Origin: an uncultured bacterium
Lineage (GTDB): Bacteria; Patescibacteriota; Minisyncoccia; Phycocordibacterales; PALSA-1337
Direction of reading: 5' to 3'
Length of the DNA stretch: 48,438 nt
NCBI GenBank assembly: GCA_903864905.1
Contig: CAIPHR010000073.1
Span: 1-48,438, forward strand
A program made the translations under genes and the position numbers. Of this stretch, positions 25,237-32,922 are shown piece after piece (positions within the stretch are counted from its first letter, which is position 1; each line of letters starts with the position of its first letter). The notes beneath the pieces were generated by a model, which saw only the letters and a list, made by a program, of their open reading frames with translations, made no database searches and was not told the origin of the DNA.

Positions 25237-25338
25237 CAGTTCCAAACATCCTCCACTATTCCGCGCAGAGGTTTGGAGTTAATAGAGGTAAGCTGTAGGA
25301 AGTTTACGTTAGTAGTGCACTCGAACTGGTGGTATTAT
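25237..25338 (+). repeat. Intergenic ~100-bp repeat element, copy 2 (includes the -10 box TGGTATTAT)
   Basis: See copy 1. It ends 6 nt before the ATG at 25345. Confidence 0.85.
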
Positions 25339-25344
25339 TAGAAC

Positions 25345-26400
25345 ATGAAAAAGATAATAATTATATCGGGTTTGTCCTTAATATTAATAGTAGTTTTGCT
25401 ATTTACGATTGGTTTTAATTTTGTCGGATCGACAACAGATACTGCGGCTGTTAGTAATATAAGAGAATCGATAAAAGGTTCTCGGAAGTCAGTATTTACC
25501 GAGTTAGTCAAAGATAAAGTATTTTTGGCGCCAAATGACGGGTCTCTGACCATACCAGTATTTGACCCATCAAGTGGAAAAGGTGATCCGACGCAGCAGC
25601 CAGTGGAAGCAGTTTTATTAGTCCCAGCGTGTAAAGCATTCTATCAGTATTATCCTGACAAATTTGATTTCTTGGTTGTTTTGACTACGATCGACTCAGG
25701 ATTTGACTCCAACTTTTCAGTGAGAAATTCCGTCAAGGGAATCGGACGGGCCATCGATGATGAATCGAATTACTGTGGTACGAAGAAATTATTGTCCATT
25801 GTTACTTTTGGGAGTCTAAATAATTATGCGCTTGGTGAATTAGGCGATTTATTACACGAGGTAAGTCATCAATGGTTGATGTACATTGTGGATACGAATT
25901 TGAAAATAGGTGATGGTACCGGCGCACATTGGAGCCAATTTATTGATACGGCAACCAGGAAAGATGGGTTTATTTATTTTAGTCCGAACCGTGGTAATCC
26001 ATTTATCGATAATGGTGACGGGACATTTTCACTTGATAATTTTACACCGATGCCACTGACGTCGTATCGGAAATTTAATTCAATGGAGTTATATCTCATG
26101 GGATTTATTCCCTCAACTAAGGTTACACCTCTTACGCTGTGGCAGACTGAGTCAACTCAACTCGCACAAACGATGATCGGTACAAAGAAAATGATAACCG
26201 TGCAAGATATTATCAACATTGCGGGACCTAGAATCCCAGCGTACCCAAAGACTCAACGGGATTTCAAAATTGCATATATCATAATACCGAAGAAAGGTGA
26301 GGTCACGAGTTCTTTGACCATTGAGAAGGTTAAGCAAATCAACGCAAAGTTTCCGAAGGAATGGAGCTTTGCGACCAATGGTTTATCTATAATTAAATAA
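25345..26400 (+). CDS. Membrane-anchored protein with HExxH motif (possible Zn-metalloprotease)
   Basis: 351 aa with an N-terminal TM helix and LGDLLHEVSHQW. No other family-specific motif was recognised. Confidence 0.45.
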   Translation: MKKIIIISGLSLILIVVLLFTIGFNFVGSTTDTAAVSNIRESIKGSRKSVFTELVKDKVFLAPNDGSLTIPVFDPSSGKGDPTQQPVEAVLLVPACKAFYQYYPDKFDFLVVLTTIDSGFDSNFSVRNSVKGIGRAIDDESNYCGTKKLLSIVTFGSLNNYALGELGDLLHEVSHQWLMYIVDTNLKIGDGTGAHWSQFIDTATRKDGFIYFSPNRGNPFIDNGDGTFSLDNFTPMPLTSYRKFNSMELYLMGFIPSTKVTPLTLWQTESTQLAQTMIGTKKMITVQDIINIAGPRIPAYPKTQRDFKIAYIIIPKKGEVTSSLTIEKVKQINAKFPKEWSFATNGLSIIK

Positions 26401-26401
26401 T

Positions 26402-27631
26402 ATGAAAATATTATTATATTTTGGAGTAATAATTGTAAGTGCAATCTTGTATTTCAATATGTCGTCGATTGTTCTTTATCTGGTAGCCGTGGCACTCACT
26501 TTATTGGTCTTTTATTTCAATTTAGGGCCTGTCCAGAAATTCAAACATGCAAAAATGGGTGAGAAGATATTGACGAGCTTGAGGTTATTGATTGTGATCA
26601 TTGTGGTGTTAGTTTGTTATTATATAGCTCATGGATATCAGAATTTATGTACTGTCGGTCCAAATATACAAGCTAAGAATTATTTTACTGGAGAGGTAAA
26701 ACAATTTTATTGTGGTATCACTCCTTGGTATTATCAAAAACTACCTGGGCAGGACAAACAGATCTTTCCAGTAGTGCAGAGAGATAATAAATCTGCATCA
26801 TCGTCTGTTATTACGAGTGGCTCAGAAACTCTCTGGAAAACGTACACGAATGATGATATCGGTTACTCATTTAAGTACCCTGAACGCTACACGTTACATG
26901 ATTCTGGTACAAAATATATCGATCAGGGTGCAGGAAGTGTAGTCGTGGCGCAGATAACAGAAGGACAGTATCTACCAAAAGATTGTGGGCCGTGCTTTGG
27001 TATTTCTGTAATAAAGCGACCTTATGATGTTACGGGAAAAGTCTTTTCAAATGCAGAGGCTTTTGCTAGGTATTCTTATGGTAAGAATATTCGTTTGTAT
27101 GATTCACTTACTTATAGAGATGTGAGACTAGGCGAATATTTGGGAGTAAAGGTGTCGGGGAACATCAATAGTGAAATAGGTGGGTGGACATCCTTCAGTA
27201 GTATATATGTGATAAGAGATAATATTATATTTCAAATGAATTTTCAGCCATCTGGGTATAAGTATTTTGAGGATATGGCTTTGTCATTTAGGCTTATACC
27301 CCAAAAAGTATTTATAGATTCTATTATCCCGTCAGGTGCGTCATGGGGTCAGACTATAAAAATAACAGGCAAAGGCTTTTCCGGTCACGACACACTTGTA
27401 AGAATAATTGGTAACAATGTTAACGCTATATTGTGGGGAGGCCTACCGCTATCTGACACCGAGATTCAAGCGGTTATACCTAAATCGATGGACGTATGTA
27501 CCGAATATATGGGAGGATCTGGAAAACCTTGTCCAAGCTATCAGAAATTACTTTGGGGCACGTATGAAATATACATTGATGGTCAAAATGGAAGGAGTAA
27601 TTCTATGAAATTTGATATTTTTAGAAGTTAG
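26402..27631 (+). CDS. Membrane protein with WKTYTN domain and C-terminal IPT/TIG-like domain
   Basis: 409 aa with 3 N-terminal TM helices. LWKTYTNDDIGYSFKYPERY is paralogous to the domain at 24096-24740. C-terminal IDSIIPSGASWGQTIKITGKGFSG. Confidence 0.6.
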   Translation: MKILLYFGVIIVSAILYFNMSSIVLYLVAVALTLLVFYFNLGPVQKFKHAKMGEKILTSLRLLIVIIVVLVCYYIAHGYQNLCTVGPNIQAKNYFTGEVKQFYCGITPWYYQKLPGQDKQIFPVVQRDNKSASSSVITSGSETLWKTYTNDDIGYSFKYPERYTLHDSGTKYIDQGAGSVVVAQITEGQYLPKDCGPCFGISVIKRPYDVTGKVFSNAEAFARYSYGKNIRLYDSLTYRDVRLGEYLGVKVSGNINSEIGGWTSFSSIYVIRDNIIFQMNFQPSGYKYFEDMALSFRLIPQKVFIDSIIPSGASWGQTIKITGKGFSGHDTLVRIIGNNVNAILWGGLPLSDTEIQAVIPKSMDVCTEYMGGSGKPCPSYQKLLWGTYEIYIDGQNGRSNSMKFDIFRS

Positions 27632-27728
27632 AATAATTTGTTTAGCTCTAAGGTATGAGAGCTCCACTCTCAACAGGAATAGTGCTCATGGCAGGCATTT
27701 GTATCATATAAGTCGACAGATAAAGGTA

Positions 27729-27920
27729 ATGAATTTCATGGAAAGTATACCTAGAATCCTCTGGAAAGGTGAGTTTACCAAGAGGTTTTGGCGTTTTCTG
27801 GAGCTTTGTGCTGAAACAGGAATGACAAAGGAGATTATATCTGCCAAACAGCTTCTTATGGAGATCGGAAGTAAGCCCAGTGAATTACAACGAGTCCAAA
27901 TGATTTTAGAAAAAGCCTGA
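27729..27920 (+). CDS. Small hypothetical protein (possible partner of the downstream PemK-like gene)
   Basis: 63 aa from an internal ATG preceded by AAAGG. No recognisable motif. Confidence 0.25.
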   Translation: MNFMESIPRILWKGEFTKRFWRFLELCAETGMTKEIISAKQLLMEIGSKPSELQRVQMILEKA

Positions 27921-28019
27921 TTCCGTGCGTCGGGAGGAGTCGTTATAGATTTTTTATGAAGATATGGACGGCGTGGGCGGTGCTTCTTGGGTGATTGTAT
28001 TTTACTGTGGGAGTTTAAG

Positions 28020-28028
28020 TGCTATGAT
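28020..28028 (+). promoter_or_regulatory. Extended -10 box TGCTATGAT upstream of the PemK-like gene
   Basis: Read directly; 40 nt to the ATG at 28069. Confidence 0.35.
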
Positions 28029-28068
28029 GGGATTATCTCATTGGAATATCTGGTGGGATTTTTTATAA

Positions 28069-28449
28069 ATGCTAAATTTTCAACCCAAAACTGGGTCAGT
28101 GGTATATTGTGATTACAAGGGATTTGTTGCTCCTGAGATGGTGAAAAAGAGACCTGTCATTGTAGTTTCAAAACACAAACATAATTCGAAACTCCTCACA
28201 GTAGTTCCGATAAGTACTACTGAGCCGACAACAATTCTTGAATATCACATAGAAATGGATTCGAAATTTTGTTTGCTTCATTTGTCTGGCAAGAAATCGT
28301 GGGTCAAATGTGACATGATAAATGTCGTCTCTTTGGATAGGTTAAATCTGGTTCGTGATAAGAATTCTGGATTACGGCATGCCCCGAATGTGGGACATAT
28401 TTTCTTGATCAGAATCAAGGAAGCAATCAGGAAGGTGCATGGCTTATAA
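28069..28449 (+). CDS. PemK/MazF-fold (YifN-like) putative toxin
   Basis: 126 aa. PKTGSVVYCDY...MVKKRPVIVVSKH...LLTVVPISTT matches the PemK-like N-terminal pattern (G.i...d......KkRP.vV.s......vvP.T.). Confidence 0.5.
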   Translation: MLNFQPKTGSVVYCDYKGFVAPEMVKKRPVIVVSKHKHNSKLLTVVPISTTEPTTILEYHIEMDSKFCLLHLSGKKSWVKCDMINVVSLDRLNLVRDKNSGLRHAPNVGHIFLIRIKEAIRKVHGL

Positions 28450-28453
28450 AGCA

Positions 28454-28480
28454 GAAAACCGCTGTTTATGCGGTTTTCTC
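28454..28480 (+). terminator. Intrinsic terminator
   Basis: GAAAACCGC-tgtttat-GCGGTTTTC followed by TCTCT. Confidence 0.65.
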
Positions 28481-28760
28481 TCTAGGATACGGCCGGCTTG
28501 CTTTGGCCTTCACCGTATCCTGCCTAGTTTCCTAGGTCTTAAAAGCCCCATTTAGGGAACATTTGTATCATATCGCATGTAAAAGATAATATCTAGTATA
28601 GGGGGTGTGCATAAAGAAAAGATCTATTAGGGCAAATTAAATAGTGGGCAGTTCTTTTAGGTGATTGTTTTTACATCAGTTTTCATATACGATTTCAAAT
28701 CAGGGATGTGAATGTACCCCTTTTGGTTTTTCAAAGCAGTTCTTACTTTTATCACTGTTT

Positions 28761-28815
28761 CGCGCACAAAAAAATGAGCATCTAGCTCATTTTTTGCGCC
28801 CGCGAAGAGCGAAGC
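28761..28815. repeat. Right copy of the 55-bp direct repeat
   Basis: CGCGCACAAAAAAATGAGCATCTAGCTCATTTTTTGCGCCCGCGAAGAGCGAAGC, with one mismatch to 23578-23632. Confidence 0.85.
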
Positions 28816-28840
28816 GGAGCGTAGGAGGGTCGGGCGCGCA
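28796..28840 (+). other. tRNA-Asp acceptor-stem mini-helix (degenerate tRNA-like hairpin)
   Basis: GCGCCCG-(28 nt)-CGGGCGC-GCA uses exactly the 5' and 3' acceptor strands and GCA tail of the tRNA-Asp at 23508-23583, but has no D, anticodon or T arms. Confidence 0.55.
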
Positions 28841-28901
28841 CGCAAAATTTTTAGCCTCAATTTACAAGGCTTCTTTTTTCTGACCTACTGGACGTAAAAA
28901 C

Positions 28902-28910
28902 TGCTATAAT
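28902..28910 (+). promoter_or_regulatory. Extended -10 box TGCTATAAT, 6 nt upstream of the ATG at 28917 (leaderless-type)
   Basis: Read directly. Confidence 0.5.
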
Positions 28911-28916
28911 ATAGAT

Positions 28917-29321
28917 ATGAACACATACAACCTGTATTCACAATTAATTAAACCTACTTGGGCTCCGCCTAGCTGGCTATTTGGGCCAGTATGGACAGTG
29001 CTTTATGCAATAATTGCATTTTCGTTTGGGACTGTGTTTTATAAAGCATTTACGAAACAGATTCCGTGGATAGTGGCATTACCATTCGTACTTAATCTAC
29101 TTTTTAACTTTGCTTTCCCACCAATACAATTCCGTTTGGTGAATAATTTTCTTGCATCAATAGACATTTTACTCGTTGTTGGGACGCTCGTCTGGGCACT
29201 CTACGCAGTTTGGCACAATGTACCTGAGCTACACTGGGTCGTTTATGTTAACATTCCATATCTTATCTGGGGTATATTTGCTACAACAGTACAATTAGCC
29301 ATAACTTATTTAAATAAATAA
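28917..29321 (+). CDS. tspO: TspO/MBR-family tryptophan-rich membrane protein (short form)
   Basis: 134 aa. KPTWAPPSWLFGPVWTVLYAIIAFSFG is the typical TspO N-terminal motif. Has 4-5 TM helices. Confidence 0.65.
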   Translation: MNTYNLYSQLIKPTWAPPSWLFGPVWTVLYAIIAFSFGTVFYKAFTKQIPWIVALPFVLNLLFNFAFPPIQFRLVNNFLASIDILLVVGTLVWALYAVWHNVPELHWVVYVNIPYLIWGIFATTVQLAITYLNK

Positions 29322-29343
29322 TATAATACCAACATATACAAAT

Positions 29344-30249
29344 ATGTTACAGGAGATAGGTAAGCAGCTTAGTAAGAGAAAATCTCAACTTCTCAAAAGA
29401 ATAACCTTAATAGTCTGGCCGTATATTTTATTGGGAGTTGTTGGATATATTGTAAATTTTTTCTATGATATTAGGTCGCTAATCAATAGTCATTTAATAG
29501 TTTCTGTTATAGTACTGTTCACTTATGTGTTATTAGCTGGTGTATACGGCATTATTATTCGGTTTATCTTTAATATTGAAAAACAGATTTGGGTAGACTC
29601 ATATTTTGATCGTAGGGAGTTGGATCCAAAAGATAGTTGGAAAATATCGGTTAAATTATTTTGGCCAGCTCTATGGTTTAGGTTGAATATATTTTGGAAG
29701 TATTACTTCTTACCAATCACAGCAACTGTTTTGGGTTTGATATTGTGCACATGGATCATGAGTCAGTACGCTTATAAATATGAATCGTTACTATGGGTAC
29801 TTATTTCTATACCATTGTTATTTGTTATTGCATTATGTATTTACGCATACTTCCTAAAAATAAGACTAAGATATACATGGTTTGTGTTTTTGGACACTTT
29901 TGGAAGTAGCTACTCTTTTAGAAATTTAGTTGATGAGATGAACAAATTAAATAACATAAGTAAAACAGAGACTTTTAAAAAGTCACTCATTGCAAATCTA
30001 GGTGCTGATACAGTAAAAGGTGTAACTAGTATTGCAATACAAGGTATTACTAGTGGTATTTCTATGCTTGGTAATTCTGGTCAATTACTTGGTGGTGTAT
30101 TGAGAGTTTATGGTGATGAGGCAAACAGACAGATTACTGATATGGCAAACATATCCTCACAGTATCTCCTTTATAGATTTGCGAGAAAAGAGTTATATGG
30201 TCAAGAACAAGCTGTTAATGATTCAATCTATAATATGAAATTAGATTAG
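29344..30249 (+). CDS. Hypothetical polytopic membrane protein
   Basis: 301 aa with several TM helices and no recognisable motif. Confidence 0.6.
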   Translation: MLQEIGKQLSKRKSQLLKRITLIVWPYILLGVVGYIVNFFYDIRSLINSHLIVSVIVLFTYVLLAGVYGIIIRFIFNIEKQIWVDSYFDRRELDPKDSWKISVKLFWPALWFRLNIFWKYYFLPITATVLGLILCTWIMSQYAYKYESLLWVLISIPLLFVIALCIYAYFLKIRLRYTWFVFLDTFGSSYSFRNLVDEMNKLNNISKTETFKKSLIANLGADTVKGVTSIAIQGITSGISMLGNSGQLLGGVLRVYGDEANRQITDMANISSQYLLYRFARKELYGQEQAVNDSIYNMKLD

Positions 30250-30285
30250 AAATTTTTTCCAAACTACCCATATGCTTCCGTATCC

Positions 30286-30319
30286 CAGTTCAGGCATTCT
30301 CCACTAATCCACGCAAGAG
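30286..30319 (+). repeat. Partial third copy of the 5' part of the intergenic repeat element
   Basis: CAGTTCAGGCATTCTCCACTAATCCACGCAAGAG compared with CAGTTCCAAACATCCTCCACTATTCCGCGCAGAG in copy 2. Confidence 0.55.
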
Positions 30320-30470
30320 AACTACGAATGATTGAAAATATTCGTTAAATAGTTTATTCTTACAAAGCACTGCTTCGCTAAAGCTTCGCAGTGCAAGCAC
30401 TTCGAAGCTCGAGTATCTTGTGCAGTTGTGCCTGCACTTCGAAGCTCGAGCTAAGCGAGAGCGAAGTAGT

Positions 30471-30543
30471 GCCGATGTAGCTCAGTTGGTAGAGCACGCC
30501 ATTGGTAATGGCGAGGTCTCCGGTTCAATCCCGGACGTCGGCT
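30471..30543 (+). tRNA. tRNA-Thr (GGU)
   Basis: GCCGATG-TA-GCTC-AGTTGGTA-GAGC-A-CGCCA-TTGGTAA-TGGCG-AGGTC-TCCGG-TTCAATC-CCGGA-CGTCGGC-T. No CCA is encoded. Confidence 0.9.
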
Positions 30544-30597
30544 CAAAGCAAAGACTCCATGTGGATTCTGAATTGATATTATCGTATACTAGACACC

Positions 30598-31176
30598 ATG
30601 ATAATTATCGGAATAACAGGGACTTTGGGTGCAGGAAAAGGTGTTGCTGTATCATATTTAGAAAAGAAAGGTTTCGTGCATTATTCTGCAAGAAGTTTCA
30701 TTCTTGAAGAGGTTAGAAAGCGTGGCCTACCAGAAGTTAGAGATTCGAATGTCACTGTTGCAAATGAACTTCGTAAGATTCATTCACCAAGCTATATTCT
30801 TGAAAGTCTATACAATATGGCTGCAGAAGCTGGTGGTAATAGTGTACTAGAATCAGTGAGAACTCCTGGAGAAATCGATTTCTTGAAAAAGCAAAAGTCT
30901 TTCTACCTTTTATCAGTTAATGCTGATCAGAATGAGAGGTATAGAAGAGTTGTGAAGAGGAATACATCTTTTGATAATGTATCATTCGATGAATTCCAAT
31001 TGCATGATTCTAGAGAGATGGAAGCCACGGATCCAAATAAACAGAATATAGGGGAATGTATGAGGCTTGCAGATTTCCAGGTACAGAATGATGGTACGAT
31101 AGAGGAGTTCCATGTTAAGATCGATGCTGTGTTGAAAGAGATAGAGAAGAGGGAAAAAAGTAGTATGCCAAAGTAG
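30598..31176 (+). CDS. P-loop nucleotide kinase (CoaE/dNMP-kinase-like)
   Basis: 192 aa with P-loop IIGITGTLGAGKG at the N-terminus. Small single-domain kinase architecture. The stop TAG lies inside the tRNA-Thr(CGU) gene. Confidence 0.6.
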   Translation: MIIIGITGTLGAGKGVAVSYLEKKGFVHYSARSFILEEVRKRGLPEVRDSNVTVANELRKIHSPSYILESLYNMAAEAGGNSVLESVRTPGEIDFLKKQKSFYLLSVNADQNERYRRVVKRNTSFDNVSFDEFQLHDSREMEATDPNKQNIGECMRLADFQVQNDGTIEEFHVKIDAVLKEIEKREKSSMPK

Positions 31177-31242
31177 CTCAGTTGGTAGAGCATCGCTTTC
31201 GTAAAGCGAGGGTCCCCGGTTCGATCCCGGGCTTTGGCTCCA
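31167..31242 (+). tRNA. tRNA-Thr (CGU), CCA encoded
   Basis: GCCAAAG-TA-GCTC-AGTTGGTA-GAGC-A-TCGCT-TTCGTAA-AGCGA-GGGTC-CCCGG-TTCGATC-CCGGG-CTTTGGC-T-CCA. Confidence 0.9.
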
Positions 31243-31276
31243 AAGATATTCAAGAGCTGGAATATTAAAATAAAAA

Positions 31277-31300
31277 ACACCCAAGATTTCTGATGGGTGT
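31277..31300 (-). terminator. Hairpin terminator for the MFS gene (possibly bidirectional)
   Basis: ACACCCA/TGGGTGT stem. The A-run on the + strand becomes a T-run on the - strand. Confidence 0.55.
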
Positions 31301-31357
31301 CTCTGTGTGTACAGAGGTAAGTCTACAGATTTCTATACTACGTATGTCGTAGGTTTG

Positions 31358-32548
31358 TCATCTGTGGAAGTATTTTCTGTAAGACACTAAAAGAACTATC
31401 GATATTATTCCAGATACTATGCCCAAACACGTGAGTGCATAGCCGAGTGAAATTACACTAGTCAATATACCAAACATATACATGCATATGACCTCAGCAA
31501 ACTGATATGTAGATGATTTTACTGATATCATCGTAGCTCGTTGTTTTGAATTGATATTTTCATGAAGAAGTGAATTGATGAAAGGGGTAGTGAAGCCCCT
31601 AACAAAATTTTGTGGTAATACCATGATGACTGCCCAGGGTTCCACGACTATCCCCATTACTAATATTGGAAAAACTATGCATGAGAGTGACAATGTAATA
31701 CTTGCTATAGACGATAGCTTACTTGATATAGTGTGTGCGTAGTAGCTAGATATTGCAGCTATCACATTTAATACCATGAATATGTAACCATAGTATATGA
31801 GTTTGATACCTACTTCCTTGAAGTATGGATTATAGGTAAAAAACCATAACTTTGAAGTGACGCTTACTATCGTGGCTAGCGCAATGATCCAAACAATTTT
31901 CTTGTTAGTCCAGCAACTTTTAATAGCTGTCAGCATATTAGTTTTTGTAACAAACATACCTGCTTGATCATTCGACTCGTATTCATGTGGCGCTTCTTTG
32001 AATGCGAATACCATGAGAAATCCAGTCATAATGATAACTGTGTCTATAATGCAAGGAAGTCGAATATATATCGCAGCTAGATAGCCTGATGATATGACTG
32101 CTATTGCAACTACAAAGTATCTGAGACACATAATCTTGCCTTCTATCTTTCGGTATTCATTTTGCCGCTTTATTGCACGCAAACTGTCGTAAAGTAGTGC
32201 GGAATCAGCGCCAGACATGAACGAATAGCCGATAGCCCAGCATGTATTGGATATCCATATTTCAATCTTTGAACTAGCTAGTGTGAACATAACCACTTCT
32301 GTCATTATGAATGCCAGTCCAACTATCATTGAATTTTTTCTTCCAAAACGATCAGCGAAGTGTCCAGTCGGTATCTGTAGAAAGGAAGCGATGATGACAC
32401 AAGATGCTTCCATGTAATATATCTCTGCCAGAGACATGAATGACACGCTCTGAATGTATGTTATCAATATTGGTCCCCATAGTATTGGTTCTCGTAGCAT
32501 GGCGTACAGATAATAGAGACGAATATTTTTTTCGTATAATTTTGGCAT
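31358..32548 (-). CDS. MFS transporter
   Basis: 396 aa with about 12 TM helices. MFS motif A GHFADRFGRKNS sits between TM2 and TM3. Confidence 0.85.
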   Translation of the reverse strand: MPKLYEKNIRLYYLYAMLREPILWGPILITYIQSVSFMSLAEIYYMEASCVIIASFLQIPTGHFADRFGRKNSMIVGLAFIMTEVVMFTLASSKIEIWISNTCWAIGYSFMSGADSALLYDSLRAIKRQNEYRKIEGKIMCLRYFVVAIAVISSGYLAAIYIRLPCIIDTVIIMTGFLMVFAFKEAPHEYESNDQAGMFVTKTNMLTAIKSCWTNKKIVWIIALATIVSVTSKLWFFTYNPYFKEVGIKLIYYGYIFMVLNVIAAISSYYAHTISSKLSSIASITLSLSCIVFPILVMGIVVEPWAVIMVLPQNFVRGFTTPFINSLLHENINSKQRATMISVKSSTYQFAEVICMYMFGILTSVISLGYALTCLGIVSGIISIVLLVSYRKYFHR

Positions 32549-32844
32549 AATTGTTTTCTTTCGTTTTTATATATTTGTCAATGAACTATTGATTCACGGG
32601 AAACTAAAAAAAATCTCAGCGTCCCGGCCGAGATGTTTGTTTATAGAGAATTAGGAGAGAATACTCATGAAACAACATTACCTCGGTCGAGATCCGAAAA
32701 TACGCACACAGCGTATTCTGCGTTCTTGGTTAGGTTTGAGTTGTACATGAAATGATTATTCATACGTTATAAATAGTAGCATGGGTTTGGTGGAGAGGCA
32801 AGGTGTCATACTAGATAACAGAAATTGCATAACGTACAGAAATA

Positions 32845-32853
32845 TGGTATAAT
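32845..32853 (+). promoter_or_regulatory. Extended -10 box TGGTATAAT upstream of the ABC gene (about 63-nt leader)
   Basis: Read directly. The leader contains the hairpin TGTGC-gatctt-GCACA. Confidence 0.4.
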
Positions 32854-32922
32854 CTTATTAGGTTTTTGTGCGATCTTGCACATAAAGTTAGAAAACAATA
32901 ACATTGGTAGGTACATTGAAAT

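Noticed and set aside
28657-28883. Overlapping 67-aa (-) and 72-aa (+) ORFs.
   Set aside because: Both span the duplicated terminator, the direct repeat and the tRNA-like mini-helix. They have no start context and the sequence is demonstrably a non-coding repeat.
30397-30450. A possible mini-CRISPR, from the 17-bp perfect direct repeat with a 20-bp spacer.
   Set aside because: There are only two short copies, no cas genes, and the repeats are palindrome-containing operator-like sequences.
30420-30707. 95-aa + strand ORF.
   Set aside because: It reads straight through the canonical tRNA-Thr(GGU) gene and the GC-rich repeat cluster, and overlaps the start of the kinase gene. It is spurious.
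32667-32750. 27-aa small ORF (MKQHYLGRDPKIRTQRILRSWLGLSCT) with an AGGAGA box 8 nt upstream.
   Set aside because: The SD-like context is good, but there is no motif, partner gene or conservation evidence. It is left unannotated and could be checked by Ribo-seq or comparative analysis.
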